DNA from: Bacteroidales bacterium
Lineage (GTDB): Bacteria; Bacteroidota; Bacteroidia; Bacteroidales; VadinHA17
DNA length: 64,000 nucleotides
NCBI GenBank assembly: GCA_035531395.1
Contig: DATKTA010000023.1
Coordinates: 282,783 to 346,782 of the forward strand
Direction: 5' to 3'
Positions 27,663-36,559 of this stretch are shown piece after piece. Under the pieces are notes generated by a model, which was not told where the DNA came from, searched no databases, and worked only from the letters and a program-made list of their open reading frames with translations. Every line of letters begins with the position of its first letter. Positions within the stretch are counted from its first letter, which is position 1. The translations under genes and the position numbers were made by a program.

Positions 27663-29252
27663 TTATTTTAGATTTTTGGATCTGCAGATCAGAGGGACCA
27701 ATCCATCCTCAGTCATTTCCCAGGTACTTAATCCTTCTCTTTTTTCAAGCGGATACAGCCTGTCTTCGTTATAATCATTGTTGCAGTTGCATAGCCTCTC
27801 AACACCTGAATCTGTTTTTACGATAGTACCTTCCGGAAGTGTTATTTTAATTTCAATGTTATCTCCCGACCATCTGCGCCCTGCCGGAATAGTAAAGTAG
27901 TCGTCCAGAAGAACTGAATCACCATGAACGCTGAAGTTATAGTCTAAATCTTTTGTCCGGTTAAATGCTATTATTTCACTACTTCCGAACGATTTCTTTC
28001 TTACTGTAACACCTGAGGAGGTTTCATCACCGTATTCGATATCAAGATCAGGAGTAACATATAACTCCTTTTTCTCATCGTTTATCAGCAGGGAATATCC
28101 GTCGGTGTTGAAGGGTAGAGTTTTATCGGTAATTAGATCACTTATACTGCCTGCACTTATTACATAGATAGTATCGGAGGAACCGGACAAAGGAATCTTC
28201 ATCGAAGATTTTGAATTTTCGGCAAAACTTACACCTTCGTTGAAAAGAAGGAGTACAAGAGCCGTAAGCGACAAGGCCCAGACAATGATCATGATCAGAC
28301 TCAGCATACCATCATTTGCCTTGAACCAGAAAATCATCCTGACTCCCCAGTAGATTAATCCGAGAAGCGGAAGAATAAGTATTATAGCAGCAAGAATAAT
28401 AATCCACGGATACAGAGCCGGTGATACAAGATAATTCAGGAAATCAGGAAGATAAACTATGTTAAAATCAAGAGCATTGGTTGAAAATGCGCCGGGAATC
28501 TTGAAAATAAAAACAAGTACAAATGTCAGAAGGATCATAAATCCGGTCAGGAGTATTACTGAGCCGACAATTATCAGAAAGATGCGCATTATTATAAAAA
28601 GAATCCTGCCTATTGCCCTGAAGACTTCATTTATGGCATTCCCGATTCTTGATGTCTGATAGTAACCTTTATTATAGGAAGGATCAGATCCCGTTTTATA
28701 ACCTGCCGCATGTCTTTGCTGTGCCATCACCTTGGCATAATCCATGCCATACATTTCCCTTCGACGTGTCTCGCTGTTGGCAGATGGAAGAGCCACCCAA
28801 AGAATCAGATAGAGAAAGAATCCGAAAGCAAAAAACGGTGTAAATATCACGAATAGTATTCTTAGCAGTACCGGATCAGTATTAAGATATGCACCTATCC
28901 CGCCACACACTCCCGCTACTACTGTATCGTCCGGATTCCGGTAAAGTCTTTTCCTGCGGTATGTGGTCTCTTCAAATTCTTCCTGAATTTCAGGAGTATC
29001 AAAATCTTCGGGTTTACCTATAATAGAGATCATTGATTCAACATTATCACGGGTAACTATTCCGGCAATTCCTTTCTGAGAATTAAAGATCTCAGCAATT
29101 CTTGCTTCTATATCTTCAATTGTTTCGTTTCCCCCTTTCATGTTGCGGAAACGTATGTCGATTGCCTGTAGGTAGTCACGCAATATTTTATACGCATCTT
29201 CATCGATTGTAAAAAGCGTGCCAGCCAGGTTTATTTTTATGGTTTTGTCCAT
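27663..29252 (-). CDS. PspC domain-containing membrane protein (long form, with extracytoplasmic C-terminal domain)
   Basis: VAGVCGGIGAYLNTDPVLLRILFVIF is the PspC domain. Several TM segments follow. The N-terminal about 70 aa (INLAGTLFTIDEDAYKILRDYL...DIEARIAEIF) is shared with the short PspC protein. Confidence 0.8.
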   Translation of the reverse strand: MDKTIKINLAGTLFTIDEDAYKILRDYLQAIDIRFRNMKGGNETIEDIEARIAEIFNSQKGIAGIVTRDNVESMISIIGKPEDFDTPEIQEEFEETTYRRKRLYRNPDDTVVAGVCGGIGAYLNTDPVLLRILFVIFTPFFAFGFFLYLILWVALPSANSETRRREMYGMDYAKVMAQQRHAAGYKTGSDPSYNKGYYQTSRIGNAINEVFRAIGRILFIIMRIFLIIVGSVILLTGFMILLTFVLVFIFKIPGAFSTNALDFNIVYLPDFLNYLVSPALYPWIIILAAIILILPLLGLIYWGVRMIFWFKANDGMLSLIMIIVWALSLTALVLLLFNEGVSFAENSKSSMKIPLSGSSDTIYVISAGSISDLITDKTLPFNTDGYSLLINDEKKELYVTPDLDIEYGDETSSGVTVRKKSFGSSEIIAFNRTKDLDYNFSVHGDSVLLDDYFTIPAGRRWSGDNIEIKITLPEGTIVKTDSGVERLCNCNNDYNEDRLYPLEKREGLSTWEMTEDGLVPLICRSKNLK

Positions 29253-29279
29253 GTCTTTCAGTATAAAATAGTTTTTTAA

Positions 29280-29606
29280 TTACCTGGTTCTTATTCTGTT
29301 TACTGATTCAACCATCTCCTTCCAGGAGCTATCCAGATTATTCAGATAGGATTTTCCAGCTTCAGTCAGTTCGTAATATTTTCGGGGAGGTCCCTGTTGT
29401 GATTCTTCCCACCTGTAACTTAGCAGACCAGCATTTTTCTGCCTGGTCAGAAGAGGGTATAGTGTACCTTCAACAACTATTACTTCTGCCTCCTTCAGTT
29501 CCTTTATGATATCGCTTGCATAACAGGAGTTTCTGGAAAGTACTGACAAGATGCAGTATTCCAGTATCCCTTTTCGCATTTGGGCTTTTGTATTTTCTAA
29601 ATCCAT
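29280..29606 (-). CDS. PadR family transcriptional regulator
   Basis: LEYCILSVL...YASDIIKELK...EGTLYPLLTRQKNAGLLSYRWEESQQGPPRKYYELTEAGK is the canonical PadR winged helix. The protein is 108 aa. Confidence 0.9.
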   Translation of the reverse strand: MDLENTKAQMRKGILEYCILSVLSRNSCYASDIIKELKEAEVIVVEGTLYPLLTRQKNAGLLSYRWEESQQGPPRKYYELTEAGKSYLNNLDSSWKEMVESVNRIRTR

Positions 29607-29625
29607 GACTGGTAATTTTAATTGG

Positions 29626-30216
29626 TTAAAACTTCATGTTCTTCCTTACTGTATTGAACTCCTCTTTAACTGCTTCTTTAATGTTGTGAATGTTAACAGG
29701 ATCACCCTTCATCTCTATCTTCTGGGCAGTTGTTTTTGCTTCAGGAATTACAATATATAAGATAAGATAGACCAGGGCTCCGATTCCTCCTGCAAGAACC
29801 AGTGCCACAAATATTATCCGTACAATTATGGGATCTATATTCCAGTATGCTCCCATACCGGAGCATACACCTCCAATTATACGATGGTCGGGATCACGGT
29901 ACATGCGATGGTAGCCCCTGGACGAGAATTTTTCGCCTGCTGATTTGTGATCGCTGTCGGAAATATCTTCAGGCGTACCCATTACAGATATAGCCTGATT
30001 TACATCATCTATATTAATTACCTGTTTAAAGCTGGTAATTTTTGTCCTGAAGATTTCCGCCATTCTGGTTTCAATATCAGAAAGGATTTCAGAAGAGCTT
30101 TCTTCTTCAGCAAAATGGTGTTCGAGGTTCCTTAAGTACCTTTTCAATTCCGCATATGCATCTTCATCGATGTTAAAGGAGTAACCTCCGAGATTGATGC
30201 TTACTGTTATTTTCAT
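29626..30216 (-). CDS. PspC domain-containing membrane protein (short form)
   Basis: IIGGVCSGMGAYWNIDPIIVRIIFV is the PspC domain. The N-terminal INLGGYSFNIDEDAYAELKRYL...DIETRMAEIF is paralogous to the long form. Confidence 0.8.
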   Translation of the reverse strand: MKITVSINLGGYSFNIDEDAYAELKRYLRNLEHHFAEEESSSEILSDIETRMAEIFRTKITSFKQVINIDDVNQAISVMGTPEDISDSDHKSAGEKFSSRGYHRMYRDPDHRIIGGVCSGMGAYWNIDPIIVRIIFVALVLAGGIGALVYLILYIVIPEAKTTAQKIEMKGDPVNIHNIKEAVKEEFNTVRKNMKF

Positions 30217-30285
30217 GACTTTTTGTTTTTATACTACTATATTATACAAGTAACAATACAATGCAAAGATATATATAAAATATTA

Positions 30286-30304
30286 TACTATGCAATACAT
30301 AGTA
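30286..30304. promoter_or_regulatory. Candidate PadR operator (7-bp inverted repeat)
   Basis: TACTATG-caata-CATAGTA is a perfect inverted repeat. It sits in the AT-rich divergent region 70-88 nt upstream of the PspC start at 30216. A related TACTAT half-site recurs near 30233. PadR regulators commonly autoregulate through inverted repeats. Confidence 0.3.
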
Positions 30305-30470
30305 CTAAATAATTATATATTATTTTAATAATATTTTTTATATATCTGTTAATCAGAGAATTATGGTGCATAATTTTTTTCTTGATTTTTGCTGGCTGAT
30401 AGGCAAAGGATATTAAATGAAGGTTTTGGCAACAATTATCTATATTTATCAAAATAAAAGAGTGAGATAA

Positions 30471-31454
30471 ATGAAGAAGTACAAATGGGGAATACTTACT
30501 GCAGGAAAAATGTCAGCCAAATTTGTTAAGGCTTTGAAGCTTCTCGATAATGCGGAACTCTACGCAGTTGCAGCACGTGATGAATCTAAGGCTAAGCATT
30601 TTGCTGAAGAATTTGGATTTGAGAAGTACTACACAGGTTACGAAAGGCTTGCAAATGATCCTGAGGTAGAGATAATATACATTGCTTCACCTCATTCACA
30701 TCATTTTGAACATACATTGTTATGTCTGAAGAACAGAAAAGCAGTTCTTTGTGAAAAAGCTTTTTCCCTGAACAGCAGGGAAGTTGAGTCAATGATTGCA
30801 GAATCCCGAAGGCAGAATGTTTTTCTGATGGAGGCACTCTGGCCGCCTTTTCAGCCAATATATCAAAAGACAAGGAATATACTTAACAGTGGCGAAGCAG
30901 GCAGGCTGATTCATCTCGATGCCCGGTTCGGATTTCAGCCCCCTTATGATCCTGCTGACAGAAAGTTTAACCTTGCCCTTGGAGGAGGTTCGTTGCTGGA
31001 TATCGGAATATATCCTGTAAATGACGTTCTCTATTTTATGGGAGTTCCTGATGAGGTTACTGCAAAAGCTTCATTTACAGGTTCCGGTGCTGAGCACTCA
31101 ATAAGTATCATTTTTGGATTCAACGATGGTCGAATGGCAACTGTCTATAGCTCATTCAGTTCAGCAGCCGGAATTGGATGTACCCTTTATTGTGAAAAGG
31201 GAAATATAGTATTCAGCCGGGCAAGAGATATGTCTCAGCGGCTTAATGTTTCAATAAATGGAAAGGATCCGGAAGATTATTCTTTGCTTCCTGAAGGCAT
31301 GGGCTACCAGTTTGAAGCTGCAGAGGTTATGAAATGTATTGGTGAGGGGAAAATTGAAAGTGAAGTAGTCCCTCATTCATACAGCCTGAACCTTATGAGA
31401 GTCCTTGATAAAATAAGAAAAGAAGCTGGTATTTCGTTTCCCGGAAGAGATTGA
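30471..31454 (+). CDS. Gfo/Idh/MocA family oxidoreductase
   Basis: The N-terminal Rossmann sequence is KWGILTAGKMSAKF. The EKAF (EKP-like) motif is present and the 327 aa length fits. No signal peptide is present. Confidence 0.85.
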   Translation: MKKYKWGILTAGKMSAKFVKALKLLDNAELYAVAARDESKAKHFAEEFGFEKYYTGYERLANDPEVEIIYIASPHSHHFEHTLLCLKNRKAVLCEKAFSLNSREVESMIAESRRQNVFLMEALWPPFQPIYQKTRNILNSGEAGRLIHLDARFGFQPPYDPADRKFNLALGGGSLLDIGIYPVNDVLYFMGVPDEVTAKASFTGSGAEHSISIIFGFNDGRMATVYSSFSSAAGIGCTLYCEKGNIVFSRARDMSQRLNVSINGKDPEDYSLLPEGMGYQFEAAEVMKCIGEGKIESEVVPHSYSLNLMRVLDKIRKEAGISFPGRD

Positions 31455-31553
31455 GAGGAATTATATTATGAAGGACTTGAACAGAGATCCAAAGAGGACT
31501 ACAGATATTTAAAATAAAAATACTCTGTGTAACAAATAATACTGATTAAGAAA

Positions 31554-32285
31554 ATGAGCGCAGCTGACAGGCAACCACTTTCCGAAGTTGAATTTCATCG
31601 CAAAAAACTTTTCCTGAGCTCCATCATTCCCTTTATATACATTTTCTTAATGTGGCTGTCCTGGTCGATAGAGAAACTGTTCAATATTGATTTTTCAGGT
31701 CTTGGTATTCATCCGTTGTCTGCCGACGGGTTGGCAGGAATCATATTTTCCCCTTTTATCCATGCAGATATCAGGCATCTTTTTAATAACTCTCTTCCTT
31801 TGTTTTTTCTTTCAGTTGCCCTCTTCTACTTCTATTCCGAGGTCGCCCTTAAGGTCTTTATTTTCACCTGGGCTTTAACAGGAATCCTGGTCTGGCTGGT
31901 AGGCAGGTCAGCCTGGCATATAGGTGCCAGTGGAATAATTTACGGACTTGCTTCATTTCTCTTTTTCAGTGGAATAATAAGAAAATACTTCCGACTTGTT
32001 GCTTTGTCAATGCTAATTGTATTTCTTTATGGTTCAATGGTGTGGGGCATATTTCCAGATCTCTATGAAAATGTTTCCTGGGAGTCCCACATGCTTGGTT
32101 TCTTTTCCGGGATTACACTGGCGATATTTTACAGAAAAGAGGGACCTCAGGCACCTGTTTATGAATGGATGGATGAGGAAGAGGAGGAGAGGGATGGAGA
32201 TGGGGAGAGAGGGAGAAGAGGAGATGAAAGAGATGGATCAGGGGAAGACTATGACAATCAGACAAATAGACAACAGACAAAATAA
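31554..32285 (+). CDS. Rhomboid family intramembrane serine protease with an acidic/arginine-rich C-terminal tail
   Basis: HIGASGIIYGL carries the GxSG catalytic serine and WESHMLGFFSG carries the catalytic histidine. Six TM segments are present. The tail is EEEEERDGDGERGRRGDERDGSGEDYD. Confidence 0.8.
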   Translation: MSAADRQPLSEVEFHRKKLFLSSIIPFIYIFLMWLSWSIEKLFNIDFSGLGIHPLSADGLAGIIFSPFIHADIRHLFNNSLPLFFLSVALFYFYSEVALKVFIFTWALTGILVWLVGRSAWHIGASGIIYGLASFLFFSGIIRKYFRLVALSMLIVFLYGSMVWGIFPDLYENVSWESHMLGFFSGITLAIFYRKEGPQAPVYEWMDEEEEERDGDGERGRRGDERDGSGEDYDNQTNRQQTK

Positions 32286-32291
32286 TGCAAT

Positions 32292-33266
32292 ATGACGGAT
32301 CTTTCGATCATAATTGTAAGCTTCAGGGGTTATGGGAGGTTAAAACAATGTCTTGATTCGCTGAAAAAACTAAGTGGGAAAATACTGAAAACGGAAGTTA
32401 TTATTGTCAATAACTGTTCCGGCGATGATATCTTTTATTCAATGGAAGAACATTACCCGGGATTCCGATTTATAGATAATAAAATAAACGGTGGTTATTC
32501 AAATGGATGCAATCTTGGGGCATCATATGCAACTGGCAAGTATTTTCTCATATTAAATCCTGATACTGTTGTGACTGAGGATGCACTTGAAGGCCTTGTA
32601 TCAACAGCAGGATCAAATCCTTCTTTTATTATCACTTCCTGCAGGCAGGTAAATGAATCGGGCAGGGAGAATGTTGCATGGGGTCCATTTCCGGAGTTTA
32701 AAAATCTAACAGGTTTTATGAGGGCTGTTACAGGCTCTGGTTACAAAAGTCAAAAAAAGATGAAGCAGGGATTTTCTTCACAATTCTTCTTCCCGGACTG
32801 GGTTTCTGGTTCAGTTATTCTAATTTCAAATGAGGATTATGTGAGGCTTAATGGATTTGATGAAGATTTCTGGATGTACTATGAAGATGTAGATCTTTGC
32901 AGGAGGGCAAGGGAACTGGGAGGTGAAGTAGCCTTCTGCACCGATATTTTAATTGAGCATAATCATGGTGGAAGTTCCAGATTTAATAAAAAGACCGCTG
33001 CCTTGACAAAAGCAGAAGTAATAATTTCAAAACATCTTTATATAAGCAAACATAAAGAAGGTATCAATAAATTGATGATCCAGACATTTCTTATTTTCAA
33101 TAATCTGATATCCTTCGGATTGCTGGCATTTGTAGGAGTGATCTTCTTCTTTATTCCAAAATTATTTTTGCGTACCCTGATCTACCTCAGGATACTTGAT
33201 TATTATATCGGTTCTATTCTTAAAAGACACCTGGTAAGTCCCAGATCGGTAAATAACAGGAAATAA
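32292..33266 (+). CDS. Family 2 glycosyltransferase
   Basis: LSIIIVSFRG, LILNPDT and NGFDEDFWMYYEDVDLCRRA are typical of GT2 rhamnosyltransferase-like enzymes. A C-terminal TM segment is present. Confidence 0.85.
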   Translation: MTDLSIIIVSFRGYGRLKQCLDSLKKLSGKILKTEVIIVNNCSGDDIFYSMEEHYPGFRFIDNKINGGYSNGCNLGASYATGKYFLILNPDTVVTEDALEGLVSTAGSNPSFIITSCRQVNESGRENVAWGPFPEFKNLTGFMRAVTGSGYKSQKKMKQGFSSQFFFPDWVSGSVILISNEDYVRLNGFDEDFWMYYEDVDLCRRARELGGEVAFCTDILIEHNHGGSSRFNKKTAALTKAEVIISKHLYISKHKEGINKLMIQTFLIFNNLISFGLLAFVGVIFFFIPKLFLRTLIYLRILDYYIGSILKRHLVSPRSVNNRK

Positions 33267-33424
33267 ACATACTCGGATTGTGTAAAGCAATAATCCTTAA
33301 AGTGTTAAAAAACATTAATTGTTATTTTCGAAATAGCATTCAATGGAATTTTTCGTGATTTTTACATCCGTAATTGCCGGAAGGCAGATTTTCTCCCGGC
33401 AATTTATCATGAAAGATACGGTTA

Positions 33425-34765
33425 ATGAATTTAAAAATATCAACGGTTCTGTTAGTGTTCTGCGGATTATTGTTTACAGTAAAAGGATTTTCTCAGCCAT
33501 CTGCTTCAGATATTGCTGATACACTTTCACGGACTGCTAATATCAAAGAGACCGTAAAAGGGGATATTGCTTCTGACGAACGCAAGGATACCATAAGGCT
33601 GGGTGCGGTCAAGGTCTTTATCGACTGCAGGTCCTGCGATATGAACTATACAAGACAGGAAATACCATTCGTAAATTATGTCAGAGATACACATGAAGCT
33701 GAAGTATATCTTCTTGTAACAAATCAGCCTGCCGGAAGCGGGGGGAACCAGTATACTTTTTCATTCCAGGGGCTTCAGAAATTCAAGGGATTGAACGATA
33801 CAATAAGGTATACCAGCAATCCCGATGAAACAGGAGCTATTGTCAGAGAAAAAAAGACCAGTATGATCAAAATGGGTTTGATAAGATATGTTGCACGCAC
33901 TCCTTATTTTGATGAAATTGATATTAAGAATACGAAGGAAATAAAACAGCATGAAATTGAAGACAAGTGGAATAACTGGGTATTTGAACTGCAAACAAGT
34001 CCTCAGTTCAATGCTGAAGAAACATATAACAGGGTATCATTTTATAATTCATTTCGTATAAACAGAGTGACTCCTGATATAAAGCTTGAAATGGAACTTG
34101 ACCAATTTACAAACAAACAAAGCTATATTGAAGATGATGTTACAACTGAATACTTAGTAAGTAGTAAAGCTATTCAGAACCTGCTTGTTAAAAGTCTGGG
34201 TAACCACTGGTCGGCTGGTTTAAGACTTGACCTGGAATCATCAACAAGCAGAAATTATGATATGAACCTTGATTTTCTGCCGACTATTGAATATGATATT
34301 TACCCATATTCGGAAGCTACACACAGGCAGTTCAGAATTATGTACAGTATAGGATATGAATATTCAAACTACACTGATACAACAATATACAATATGACAG
34401 TGGAGGGTCTTTTTAATCATTCCCTGAGAGCAGCATATCAGATACAGAAGAAATGGGGATCAATAAACCTATCAGCCTCCGGCTCCAACTACCTAGGCGA
34501 TTTTTCGAAAAACAGATTTGGTTTCTGGGGCTATACCAGAATAAGGATTATAAAAGGACTTTCTTTATCAGTGAATGCCGGGTTATCATATATAAACAAT
34601 CAGATAAACCTTGCCAAGGGAGAGCTATCTGAAGCCGAGAGACTGCTCAGGTTGAAACAGCAGGCCACAAATTACTATATGAATGGAGGAGTAAGTCTTA
34701 GCTATACTTTCGGTTCAATATATAATAATGTTGTTAATCCCCGTTTTGGTAACGGAAACAACTGA
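33425..34765 (+). CDS. Predicted outer-membrane beta-barrel protein (paralog of 26243..27505)
   Basis: A signal peptide is present. It shares blocks with the other copy: IPFVNYVRD, GSGGNQYTFSFQG, KWNNWVF, YDIYPYSEATHRQFR and SYTFGSIYNNVVNPRFGN. Confidence 0.55.
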   Translation: MNLKISTVLLVFCGLLFTVKGFSQPSASDIADTLSRTANIKETVKGDIASDERKDTIRLGAVKVFIDCRSCDMNYTRQEIPFVNYVRDTHEAEVYLLVTNQPAGSGGNQYTFSFQGLQKFKGLNDTIRYTSNPDETGAIVREKKTSMIKMGLIRYVARTPYFDEIDIKNTKEIKQHEIEDKWNNWVFELQTSPQFNAEETYNRVSFYNSFRINRVTPDIKLEMELDQFTNKQSYIEDDVTTEYLVSSKAIQNLLVKSLGNHWSAGLRLDLESSTSRNYDMNLDFLPTIEYDIYPYSEATHRQFRIMYSIGYEYSNYTDTTIYNMTVEGLFNHSLRAAYQIQKKWGSINLSASGSNYLGDFSKNRFGFWGYTRIRIIKGLSLSVNAGLSYINNQINLAKGELSEAERLLRLKQQATNYYMNGGVSLSYTFGSIYNNVVNPRFGNGNN

Positions 34766-34974
34766 CCAAAGTTTACTATCTTTCATCTTAGTTTCTTATT
34801 AACCTGATTATTTAATAATATGGTACCTGCATATGTAATATAACTGAGTGGTTTGTTATGCGCAGAATGACTATTTTTCTTAGAGTAAGAAGATATTTAA
34901 AGGGGTTCTTGCCTGAATCAGGCAAATTATTACCTTTGAAACGTTTTTCCAGGAAAATGCCTAACCCATTTCTA

Positions 34975-35754
34975 ATGAATAAGAAACCTGTTGCAGTAAT
35001 TACCGGGGCAAGCAGAGGAATAGGAAGGTCGGTTGCTATAGGTCTTGCAGCTGAGGGTTATGATATAGCTGCAATAGCAAGGACAACTGATAGTGAAGGA
35101 ATGGAATTCCTTGGTGCAGAGGTAGCAAAAACAGGTTCTCAATTTTTTCCGGTAGGTTTAGATATTTCATGCACATCATGCCATGATGAGGTTGTCAGTA
35201 ATATTCTCGGGAGATATGGAAGGATCGATATACTTGTAAATAATGCAGGTGTTGGTCCTCTTCAGAGGGATGATGTACTCGATATGTCTGAAGAAAGCTA
35301 TGACAGGCTCATGAATATTAATCTCAAAGGCCCTGTCTTTTTTGCACAGAAAGTGGCGAAAGAGATGCTTTGGCTTAAAGAACATATAGAATCATATAAG
35401 CCAATTATTATTTTTATTACTTCAGTGTCAGCAGTATTGACTTCAACTAACAGGGCTGAATACTGCATATCAAAAGCTGGATTGAGTATGGCATCATCAG
35501 TTTTCGCTGACAGGCTTTCCTCAGAGGAGATACTTGTGTATGAGCTCAGACCAGGAATTATTGAGACAGACATGACCGCTAAAATAAAAGACAAATACGA
35601 CAAGCTTATACAGGAAGGACTGGTTCCTCAAAGGAGGTGGGGGATGCCATCAGATATAGCCAAAGCCGTTTCATCGCTTGCCAGAGGAGACTGGTCTTTT
35701 TCAACCGGAACCATATTTGAAATCAGCGGCGGTCTGAACATACACAAGCTTTAA
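34975..35754 (+). CDS. SDR family oxidoreductase (3-oxoacyl-ACP reductase-like)
   Basis: TGASRGIGRS is the cofactor motif, NNAG is present, and YCISKAG supplies the YxxxK catalytic motif. The start is set at ATG 34975 (MNKKPVAVITG). ATG 34957 is also possible. Confidence 0.85.
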   Translation: MNKKPVAVITGASRGIGRSVAIGLAAEGYDIAAIARTTDSEGMEFLGAEVAKTGSQFFPVGLDISCTSCHDEVVSNILGRYGRIDILVNNAGVGPLQRDDVLDMSEESYDRLMNINLKGPVFFAQKVAKEMLWLKEHIESYKPIIIFITSVSAVLTSTNRAEYCISKAGLSMASSVFADRLSSEEILVYELRPGIIETDMTAKIKDKYDKLIQEGLVPQRRWGMPSDIAKAVSSLARGDWSFSTGTIFEISGGLNIHKL

Positions 35755-35820
35755 ATTTCCAGAGATATCTGAACAAAATGTCTCATATCAGTGTTTAAAT
35801 AAAAATAAACATTGTATAAT

Positions 35821-36387
35821 ATGAAAAGGACATTTCTACTTTTAACTGTATCGGTTCTGGTTATATTACAGCTGGATGCCCAGCAGAAGATGACAGCAGA
35901 TACCGGTAAATCAAAACTTGAGTGGTTAGGTGAAAAGGTAACAGGAAAACACGATGGATCTATTAACCTCCAATCGGGTTGGCTTACCCTGAAAGATAAC
36001 AAGATACAGGATGGCGAGTTTATAATTGATATGAAATCAATTACTTGCTATGAAAATAATGACAAGCTTGTTAGTCACCTGAAATCAGATGATTTCTTTA
36101 GTGTAGAAAAATATCCTGTAACAACACTTGTAATTACAGGAAGCTCATCATTTGAGAAAGGTACTGCCACAGTAAATGGGAATCTTACAATCAAGGGAAT
36201 AACCAATCCTATTGAATTTAAAGCTGCATATCAGAAAAAAGATGATGGGAACTGGTATTTTGCAAACATAGTGGTTGACAGGACTAAATATAATGTTCGT
36301 TATGGCTCCGGTTCCTTCTTTGATAACCTTGGGGATAAGACAATTTATGATGAATTTAAACTGAAAGTCAGTCTTCTTGTAAAATAG
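35821..36387 (+). CDS. YceI family periplasmic protein
   Basis: The ATG at 35821 gives a signal peptide ending in LQLDAQQ. SKLEWLGEKVTGKHDG...ATVNGNLTIKGITNPIEF is the typical YceI-like pattern. The ORF-track start at 35812 is a TTG. Confidence 0.8.
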   Translation: MKRTFLLLTVSVLVILQLDAQQKMTADTGKSKLEWLGEKVTGKHDGSINLQSGWLTLKDNKIQDGEFIIDMKSITCYENNDKLVSHLKSDDFFSVEKYPVTTLVITGSSSFEKGTATVNGNLTIKGITNPIEFKAAYQKKDDGNWYFANIVVDRTKYNVRYGSGSFFDNLGDKTIYDEFKLKVSLLVK

Positions 36388-36559
36388 ATTAATCTGAGAG
36401 GTATAAGGTTTTCCCGCAGTTCCTGCTGATTTTCGCATATTAATATTGTGTCGATCACGCAGAATTACGGGATTTTTTATGCCGGATAGTGAAAATCTTT
36501 TGATTTTTTGGTAAAGTCGGAAATCATAACAATCTTGTATTATTAAAACTCATGATTGT

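Noticed and set aside
32017-32295. 92-aa alternative-frame ORF over the rhomboid 3' end
   Set aside because: It stays open only because of the stop-poor purine-rich tract. The rhomboid frame carries the catalytic His and TM6, so the alternative frame is most likely an artefact.
33372-33404. 9-bp-stem hairpin (aattgccgg-15nt-ccggcaatt) between the GT2 gene and the OM-barrel paralog, considered as a terminator
   Set aside because: No U-tract follows it on the plus strand (tatcatg) and the loop is long. It might be regulatory, but I cannot support a specific call.
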